A DNA stretch of 32,000 bases, taken from positions 90,001 to 122,000 of the forward strand of contig JAWOFX010000057.1 in NCBI GenBank assembly GCA_046497275.1, given 5' to 3'. Source of the stretch: Promethearchaeia archaeon (GTDB lineage Archaea > Asgardarchaeota > Lokiarchaeia > Sigyniarchaeales > SOKP01). Position numbers and translations under genes: made by a program. Below, piece after piece: positions 25,854 through 32,000 of the stretch (the stretch's first letter is position 1; every line of letters starts with the position of its first letter). Below the pieces are notes generated by a model, which had not been told where the DNA came from, made no database searches, and saw nothing but the letters and a program-made list of their open reading frames with translations.

Positions 25854-26408
25854 TTAGATATAATTCAAAAATCCTTTCTTTCTTAGCATGTATTCAGAAA
25901 ATAATATTAAGAGGAGTCCAATCATATAAAGAAATAGATTAATTATACTCAAAATCAAAATCAAAATAAAGGGATAAAACCAACAGATAATAATTAAAAA
26001 AATCGACGAAATAAAAGAGGAAACGATAAAGATTAGTTTTTTCCTCTTATAAATAGTAAGGGAAAAACTCCAAGATGTAAGAAGGAAAATTTTAACGAGA
26101 TTACTAAAGATTATATAATCGACTTCAAAAAGAGGAAAAAAACCTATAATTATCATAAAGTTCATCAAAGATGAATAGATGATTAAAATCAAAAAGAGGA
26201 GACGGTTATAAGCAGAAAAAAAAGAGAGTTCAAATTTTAATCCTAAATATACAATAAACCAAGGTGTAATAATCAAAATAAGAATAATTTTTTCCCATAA
26301 TCCACCAATTAGAATTAAATCTGACATAAACTGGGCTAAGAAAACTAAAAATATCAAAATCATTCCTAAAATACGTATTGATAAATACCCTTTCCCTTGG
26401 ATACTCAT
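25854..26408 (-). CDS. Hypothetical multi-pass membrane protein
   Basis: About six hydrophobic segments, basic C-terminus. Confidence 0.7.
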   Translation of the reverse strand: MSIQGKGYLSIRILGMILIFLVFLAQFMSDLILIGGLWEKIILILIITPWFIVYLGLKFELSFFSAYNRLLFLILIIYSSLMNFMIIIGFFPLFEVDYIIFSNLVKIFLLTSWSFSLTIYKRKKLIFIVSSFISSIFLIIICWFYPFILILILSIINLFLYMIGLLLILFSEYMLRKKGFLNYI

Positions 26409-26442
26409 TTGAGAAAATATCTAATTTATACTTAATTTAAAA

Positions 26443-27189
26443 TTATTTCGCTTTCCCCTGATCTTTAACAGCCTGAATTGCTTCTTCTATTTTTTCTTGA
26501 TCTCCAAGATAATAATGTTTTATAGATTTTAATTCATCATCTAATTCATAAACCAATGGAATTCCTGTTGGAATATCTAATTTGATGATTTCTTCTTCAG
26601 TTAAATCATCTAAATATTGGACTAAGGCTCTTAGACTATTACCATGGGCAGAAATTAATATTTCTTTTCCCGCTTTTATTAATGGTGCAATGGTTTCATG
26701 CCAATATGGTAAAAATCGGTTCACTGTGTCTTTTAGACACTCCGTTAAAGGAATTTCTTTAGGATTCAAATCTTTGTATCGAGGATCATTGCCAGGATAC
26801 CTGGGATCCGTCGTTTTTAACGCAGGAGGGGGTATATCATAACTTCTTCGCCAGATCAGAACTTGCTCTTCTCCCAGTTCTTTTGCCATTTTTGATTTAT
26901 AATATCCTTGTAAAGCTCCATAATGTCTTTCATTTAATCTCCAACTCTTATAAACTGGAACCCACATTAAATCCATCTCATCTAAAACAATCCATAATGT
27001 TCGAATTCCTCTCTTTAATAAGGAAGTAAACGCAATATCAAATGTAAAATTATTTTTTATTAATAATTGTGCTGCTTCTATGGCCTCTTCAACCCCTTTC
27101 TCTGATAAATCTATGTCTGTCCATCCAGAAAAACGATTTTCTTTATTCCAAACACTTTCTCCATGTCTTAAAAGTATTAAGAAATGCAA
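26443..27189 (-). CDS. gpmA: 2,3-bisphosphoglycerate-dependent phosphoglycerate mutase
   Basis: [61 protein letters not shown]; TTG start with AGGA upstream. Confidence 0.95.
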   Translation of the reverse strand: MHFLILLRHGESVWNKENRFSGWTDIDLSEKGVEEAIEAAQLLIKNNFTFDIAFTSLLKRGIRTLWIVLDEMDLMWVPVYKSWRLNERHYGALQGYYKSKMAKELGEEQVLIWRRSYDIPPPALKTTDPRYPGNDPRYKDLNPKEIPLTECLKDTVNRFLPYWHETIAPLIKAGKEILISAHGNSLRALVQYLDDLTEEEIIKLDIPTGIPLVYELDDELKSIKHYYLGDQEKIEEAIQAVKDQGKAK

Positions 27190-27461
27190 TTTTTTTTCCT
27201 TTTTTTAAATTTTAAATTTTTATTTAATATATAATTCAGATTTTTCTAAAATATATTTTTATTTCTTGAATATGGTTTTCTATATATTCTTAGTGAAAGG
27301 AAAATACTCTAAATTTTTCTTGAAAATTAGAATTAAAGAGTCTTATTTTTTTAAATTTTCAGAATTAACAAAAAATATTATATTCTGTAAAATCAATACT
27401 AAACTAATTATTGCTTAATGCTTAATTATAAATATAAATAATGAACCAAGAGTCGTTTTAA

Positions 27462-28832
27462 ATGAATAAAGAACGTGTATTAAAGGAACTAAAAGAAATT
27501 GTTGGAGAGGATTTTGTATCTAATGCGAATGAAGAACTATTTATTTATTCTATTGATCCCGGAGCCTCTGAACCAAGAGCTCCCGATTTTGTAGTCATGC
27601 CTGAAACAGCCGAACAAGTTCAGTCAATCGTTAAGTTAGCAAACGAAGAGAAGGTTCCAATTGTACCAATGGGAGGAGGGCTCACCTTAAGTGGATTGAT
27701 TCTTCCTATAAAGGGTGGAATTGTGCTTGATATGAAAAGAATGAATCGTATTTTAGCGGTAGATGAAATGAATAGATATGCTAAAATTGAAGCGGGGGTA
27801 AGTACAGGTCGTCTAATGGCATATTTAGATCAAAATCATCCTAACTTAGAAGTTTCAATTCCAGATGCTCCACCTTCTGTAACCATAGCAGGGAACACCT
27901 TAATCCATGGTTCAGGATTTTTATCTCAAAAATATGGAAATCATGGTGATATGTTAAATGGATTAGAAGTAGTTTTGCCTAATGGAGAGCTATGTAAGGT
28001 CGGTTCTTGTGCTGTATCTGATCATTGGTTTACTAGAGGTCCAATTCCAGATTTTATTGGTTTATTTACAAGCTCTTTTGGTACTATGGGAATAGTTACA
28101 AAATTATCAATTAAACTATATCCTAGACCTAAAATGAGAGATATAGTTTTTGGAATTTATAAGGATCCAGGAATAAGTTCTGAATTACTTTTAAAAGTTA
28201 CAGAAACAGATTTAGCAGAAGATATTTTACTAGGGATGCAAGGCAAACCAGATTGGATGAAAGGTTACACCTTTATTATAGTTTATATCACTGGAAAAAA
28301 TCAAAAAGAATTAGATCAGAAAGAAAAGAAACTTAAACGAATTTATCGAAAAAATGGAGCTCGATATATGAAAGCTCCACCAAGGATTGCCGAAGTCTTT
28401 TTAGAGAAACCTCAATTCGCTGCTAAAGCTGCCGATTTCCGAAAAGGAGGTGGATTTGAATATGTTGGAAGTTTCTTCCCATTAAGTAAAGTTCCTGAAG
28501 CCCTTAAAAGGGGAGAAGAGATTTCAAAAAAATATGGAATCATTCCTACATTAGGAGCAAGGGTTATTGATAAAGCCCATAATGTAATGGTCTTTTTCTC
28601 CTATTCGTTTAATAGGGCAGATCCTGAGGACATGCAAAATGCAAGGAATGCTTTGCATGATACAAATGAGATGACACTAGACTTAGGGGGTATACCTTGG
28701 AAAGGAGAATTAAGAGCACAGCAAATGATATTTGATAAAATTGACCCTAATTATAAATACTTACTTAAAACAATTAGAGAAAATTTAGATCCTAATGGAA
28801 TTATGAATCCAGGTAATTGGGAGGTGAAATAA
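27462..28832 (+). CDS. FAD-binding oxidoreductase, GlcD/D-lactate dehydrogenase-like (FAD-PCMH)
   Basis: PDFVVMP, VPMGGGLTLSG, LDMKRMNRI, GLEVVLPNG, GTMGIVTK, LDPNGIMNPG. Confidence 0.88.
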   Translation: MNKERVLKELKEIVGEDFVSNANEELFIYSIDPGASEPRAPDFVVMPETAEQVQSIVKLANEEKVPIVPMGGGLTLSGLILPIKGGIVLDMKRMNRILAVDEMNRYAKIEAGVSTGRLMAYLDQNHPNLEVSIPDAPPSVTIAGNTLIHGSGFLSQKYGNHGDMLNGLEVVLPNGELCKVGSCAVSDHWFTRGPIPDFIGLFTSSFGTMGIVTKLSIKLYPRPKMRDIVFGIYKDPGISSELLLKVTETDLAEDILLGMQGKPDWMKGYTFIIVYITGKNQKELDQKEKKLKRIYRKNGARYMKAPPRIAEVFLEKPQFAAKAADFRKGGGFEYVGSFFPLSKVPEALKRGEEISKKYGIIPTLGARVIDKAHNVMVFFSYSFNRADPEDMQNARNALHDTNEMTLDLGGIPWKGELRAQQMIFDKIDPNYKYLLKTIRENLDPNGIMNPGNWEVK

Positions 28833-29993
28833 ATGGATATAGAAGAATTCAATGGAATTGTACACAGATGTTTTAGGTGTGGATATTGTAAATTTACTTA
28901 TAGTTATTCAGATTTTAACTGTCCAAGTTATAAAAAATATAGATTTGAAACTTACAGTACGGGTGGAAGAATGTGGTTAATCTATGCTCTAATAAATAAT
29001 GAGATAGAATGGAGTGAAAAATTAGCTGATATTTTATATGCATGTCCGACTTGCGGGAATTGTGTTGAAAATTGTAGGTTCGACAGATTTAATGAGTTCT
29101 TAGTTGATATTATAGAAGCTGCGAGAGCTGAGGCTGTAAATAATGGTTTTTGTCCTGAAAATCAAAAAGCTTTATTAGAGAGAACAACTAATCCTAAATT
29201 CTTTAATCCCTATGCAGAACCTAATTCTGATAATGAAGAATTAAAGAAAAAATACGATTTACCCGACAAAGCAGAATATGTCTATTTTATAGGATGTACT
29301 TCCAATTATAGGCAACAAGATTTAAGAGATTCTACCATAAGGTTTTTAAAGAAAGCAAATATTGATTTTACTTTGATTGATGAACACTGTTGTACAAGTC
29401 CTCTTATTAGAACTGGTCAAATTGAACCTATTAAGGAGTTCATGAATTATAATATTGAGAAAATTAAAGAAGCAGGAGCAAATAAAGTAGTTACATCTTG
29501 CGCAGGTTGTTATAGAACTTTAAAGGTTGATTTTGAAAAACAAGGTATTGATATGGATATTGAAATATATCATATTACTGAATTAATCAATAACCTTTTG
29601 GAAGAGGAAAAAATTGAATTTAAATCAGAGTTTAATAAAACGGTGACTTACCATGATCCTTGCCATTTAGGAAGACATAGTGGATTATATGATATCCCTC
29701 GGGAAGTTTATAAAAAGATACCTGGCATTAAATTTGTTGAAATGGACCGAATAAAAGAGAATTCATGGTGTTGTGGAGCTGGTGGAGGCGTAAAGATAGG
29801 ATATCCAGATTGGGCATTAGAAATATCAAAAGAAAGAGTTGAGGAAGCAAGAGATACAGGTGCTACAATTCTTTCCTCAACATGTCCTTTTTGTAGAACC
29901 AATTTATCAGATGCAAATCAAGAATTTGATATAGGTTTAGAAGTAATTGACTTAGTTGAAATTCTTGACCTACTTGAAATAGCCCCAAAATAA
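28833..29993 (+). CDS. Fe-S protein with two 4Fe-4S motifs and two CCG domains (GlcF/HdrD-like)
   Basis: CFRCGYC...CP, CPTCGNCVENC, YFIGC, CCT, CAGC, YHDPCHLGR, CCGAGGG, CPFC; ATG directly follows the upstream TAA. Confidence 0.9.
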   Translation: MDIEEFNGIVHRCFRCGYCKFTYSYSDFNCPSYKKYRFETYSTGGRMWLIYALINNEIEWSEKLADILYACPTCGNCVENCRFDRFNEFLVDIIEAARAEAVNNGFCPENQKALLERTTNPKFFNPYAEPNSDNEELKKKYDLPDKAEYVYFIGCTSNYRQQDLRDSTIRFLKKANIDFTLIDEHCCTSPLIRTGQIEPIKEFMNYNIEKIKEAGANKVVTSCAGCYRTLKVDFEKQGIDMDIEIYHITELINNLLEEEKIEFKSEFNKTVTYHDPCHLGRHSGLYDIPREVYKKIPGIKFVEMDRIKENSWCCGAGGGVKIGYPDWALEISKERVEEARDTGATILSSTCPFCRTNLSDANQEFDIGLEVIDLVEILDLLEIAPK

Positions 29994-30071
29994 AATTATA
30001 ATTTTTATCTTTTCTTTTAACTATATTTTTTTAAGGAGAAAGGTATTTAAATACAATAATGAGTGAAAATC

Positions 30072-30929
30072 ATGAGACTTGGCGCACATGTTAGCATTTC
30101 TGGAGGAAAATATAAGGCTTTTGAACGGGCAGATAGTATAAAATGTGAGGCTATCCAAATTTTTATTAGAAATGTACGTTCTTGGGCTTCAAAACCATTT
30201 GGTAAGGAAGAGATAACACAATTTCTAGAATATAAATCAATTTATAAAGATATTTGGCCATTAATGTCTCATAATAGCTATCTCATTAATCTTGCAGGAA
30301 CTGATGAGGAAAAATTAACGAAATCCTATAATGCGATGTTAGATGAGTTAAATAAGGCAGATCAATTAGAACTTCAGTATGTTAATATGCATCCAGGTAA
30401 TAAAAATGAGGACGAAAGAGATGAGGATGCTTTGCTTCGAATTGGTTATCAACTTAATAAATTATTCGAAAAGACAAAAAATTCTAATGTAAAAATAGTT
30501 TTAGAAACTACTGCAGGTCAAGGAAATGATGTTGGACATACATTTGACCATATGGCAAGAATTATAGAAGAGATTGAAGATAAGAATCGAATAGGGGTAA
30601 CATTTGATACATGCCACTCGTTTGCAGCAGGATATGATTTTACTACTCAAAATAAGTATGATCAAATGTGGGATGAATTTGATGAAATCATTGGACTAAA
30701 TTTTCTCTACGCTTTTCATTTAAACGACGCTGCTAATGAATTAGGATCTCGGATAGACAGACATGAGCATATTGGTCTCGGGGAAATAGGATTAGAACCA
30801 TTTTCTTTTTTTGTAAATGATGATAGATTTACAAATCATCCAGGTATTCTTGAGACACCCAATGGACTTGATAAATTCCAAGAAAATTTAATCAAACTCA
30901 AGAAATTAAGGGAAGAAGGCTCTAAATAA
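30072..30929 (+). CDS. nfo: Endonuclease IV (AP endonuclease)
   Basis: LGAHVSISGG, HNSYLINL, HPG, LETTAGQG, FDTCHSFAAGYD, HLND, DRHEHIG, ILETP. ATG at 30072 preferred to GTG 30063. Confidence 0.95.
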   Translation: MRLGAHVSISGGKYKAFERADSIKCEAIQIFIRNVRSWASKPFGKEEITQFLEYKSIYKDIWPLMSHNSYLINLAGTDEEKLTKSYNAMLDELNKADQLELQYVNMHPGNKNEDERDEDALLRIGYQLNKLFEKTKNSNVKIVLETTAGQGNDVGHTFDHMARIIEEIEDKNRIGVTFDTCHSFAAGYDFTTQNKYDQMWDEFDEIIGLNFLYAFHLNDAANELGSRIDRHEHIGLGEIGLEPFSFFVNDDRFTNHPGILETPNGLDKFQENLIKLKKLREEGSK

Positions 30930-31056
30930 TTACTAGTTTTCAATGGTTAATATTATATACTCCGTAAAAACATAATACATCAATCCCATATCAATAATAT
31001 TTTTGTTTACAAAAAATAATAATTATTTGAAATTAAATAAAAAAGGAGGAGAAATT

Positions 31057-31446
31057 ATGGAAAGCAAACCTATTTCTAAAATATTAAAATACACCTTTTT
31101 AATTTCTGGTACAGCTGCGTTGATTTTCGGATTCACTTTCCTTTTTCTGACTGAGATTTATTTAAATTTAATTGGTTGGATATTTTATGATCCTATGGTA
31201 TCACGTGTGTTAGGTGCTGCTTTAATCGGTTTATGGGTTCTTCAATGGTTATCTTTCAGGGAGTCAGAATGGCAGAATGTTAAGAACGTCGTTATCATGA
31301 TGATTGTATGGCATTTAGTAGGAGGTCTTGCATGTCTTATCAGTCAATTCATCTTTAATCTTCCCATCGCTAATTGGTTGCATATAATTGTATTATTTTT
31401 GTTTCTTTTTGCCTATATCTTAAGTTATTATGTTGAAAAGAAATAG
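31057..31446 (+). CDS. Hypothetical small membrane protein (4 TM)
   Basis: GGAGG SD before ATG 31057 (track start 31003 is probably too early); four hydrophobic segments. Confidence 0.7.
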   Translation: MESKPISKILKYTFLISGTAALIFGFTFLFLTEIYLNLIGWIFYDPMVSRVLGAALIGLWVLQWLSFRESEWQNVKNVVIMMIVWHLVGGLACLISQFIFNLPIANWLHIIVLFLFLFAYILSYYVEKK

Positions 31447-31504
31447 AAATGATTTATCTATAATTTTTAATTAAATGAAAAATTTAATCTCAATTTTCTT
31501 TTTA

Positions 31505-32000
31505 TTATTCAATACTTGCATGCGTTTTATCTATATCATTTTCAGAAATATTTAATATATCCATAAGAACACCACCTATAGCATCTAAAACAGAAAGAGT
31601 TGAAATATCAAAAAGACTGGTATAGGGTGCTAAACTCATTTCTGAAGTTGCTTTATCTTTACTTTTTCCTTTTATTGCTACAACTAAATCAGAAATATGA
31701 CCTATGGGGCTTTCTGGATTGGTTGTAAATAAAATAATTTTGCCACCAATCTCTTTAGCTTTCTGGGTTATGGCTAGAGATGAGATTGTTCCCCCACTCC
31801 CACTGATTATAATAAGCAAATCATCTTCAGTATATCTATATGTCACTGCATCAGAAATAAAACAAGATTTTATTCCTAAATGCATTAATCTTTGGGCAAA
31901 CGCCCTTGCTATAAATCCTGAACGACCAGCTCCATATAAGAAAACTCGATTTTTATTTTCGAGAATTTCTAAAATTGAGTCTGTTATATTAATTATAGAA
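31505..32000 (-). CDS. hxlB: 6-phospho-3-hexuloisomerase (SIS domain), 5' end beyond the right edge
   Basis: Frame stays open past the track start to the edge: ...NRVFLYGAGRSGFIARAFAQRLMHLG, then IIISGSGGT and C-terminal THASIE. Confidence 0.9.
   Translation of the reverse strand, partial: SIINITDSILEILENKNRVFLYGAGRSGFIARAFAQRLMHLGIKSCFISDAVTYRYTEDDLLIIISGSGGTISSLAITQKAKEIGGKIILFTTNPESPIGHISDLVVAIKGKSKDKATSEMSLAPYTSLFDISTLSVLDAIGGVLMDILNISENDIDKTHASIE

Noticed and set aside
2019-29902. Short opposite-strand ORFs in the track (2019-2222, 3727-3924, 5849-6070, 6679-6861, 8484-8684, 10757-10963, 12938-13198, 15779-16051, 18225-18422, 19061-19267, 20333-20515, 20500-20715, 23880-24161, 24631-25002, 26582-26842, 29708-29902)
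   Set aside because: Each overlaps a well-supported gene on the other strand and shows no motif; shadow ORFs.
188-30929. A DNA repair/chromatin island (Ku, ligase, Alba, HhH, HDAC, Nfo)
   Set aside because: The genes are scattered over 30 kb in mixed orientations among unrelated metabolic genes; only ku-ligase shows real coupling.
1-32000. Mobile element or provirus
   Set aside because: No transposase, integrase, capsid or terminal-repeat/target-duplication signature recognised; Ku alone is not sufficient evidence.

Overview
Gene-dense, very AT-rich archaeal chromosomal window. It is most likely from an Asgard archaeon of the Lokiarchaeia/Promethearchaeota type, inferred from Alba, a TFB-like gene, GGTG(A/T)-type ribosome-binding sites and an IPGY+TM+basic Loki-CTERM-like sorting tail. 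I found no tRNA, rRNA, CRISPR array or mobile element. Contents in order: a Ku gene translationally coupled to an ATP-dependent DNA ligase cut by the left edge and missed by the ORF track (NHEJ module); TPR protein; Alba; stand-alone ATP-cone; PRTase; HhH protein; COG1751 protein; divergent kbl/tdh threonine-catabolism pair; a PlsY fused to a CTP-dependent lipid-kinase-like domain; compact HDAC; SlyD; DUF362 Fe-S protein; two tandem P-type ATPases; divergent TFB paralog; nitroreductase; AOR; 7-repeat FG-GAP surface protein; gpmA; GlcD-like/CCG pair; endonuclease IV; and a partial 6-phospho-3-hexuloisomerase at the right edge. The strongest lead is the ATPase pair. Both have a P2A (SERCA-like) scaffold, but the TM4 PEGL glutamate is replaced in a [ND]xxPIN[LI]P motif resembling the NxxPISL motif of eukaryotic P4 lipid flippases, and the TM6 Asp is replaced by His. 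The second lead is the PlsY-kinase fusion with altered glycerol-3-phosphate-binding motifs. All alignments were made by eye from remembered family motifs; no searches were run.
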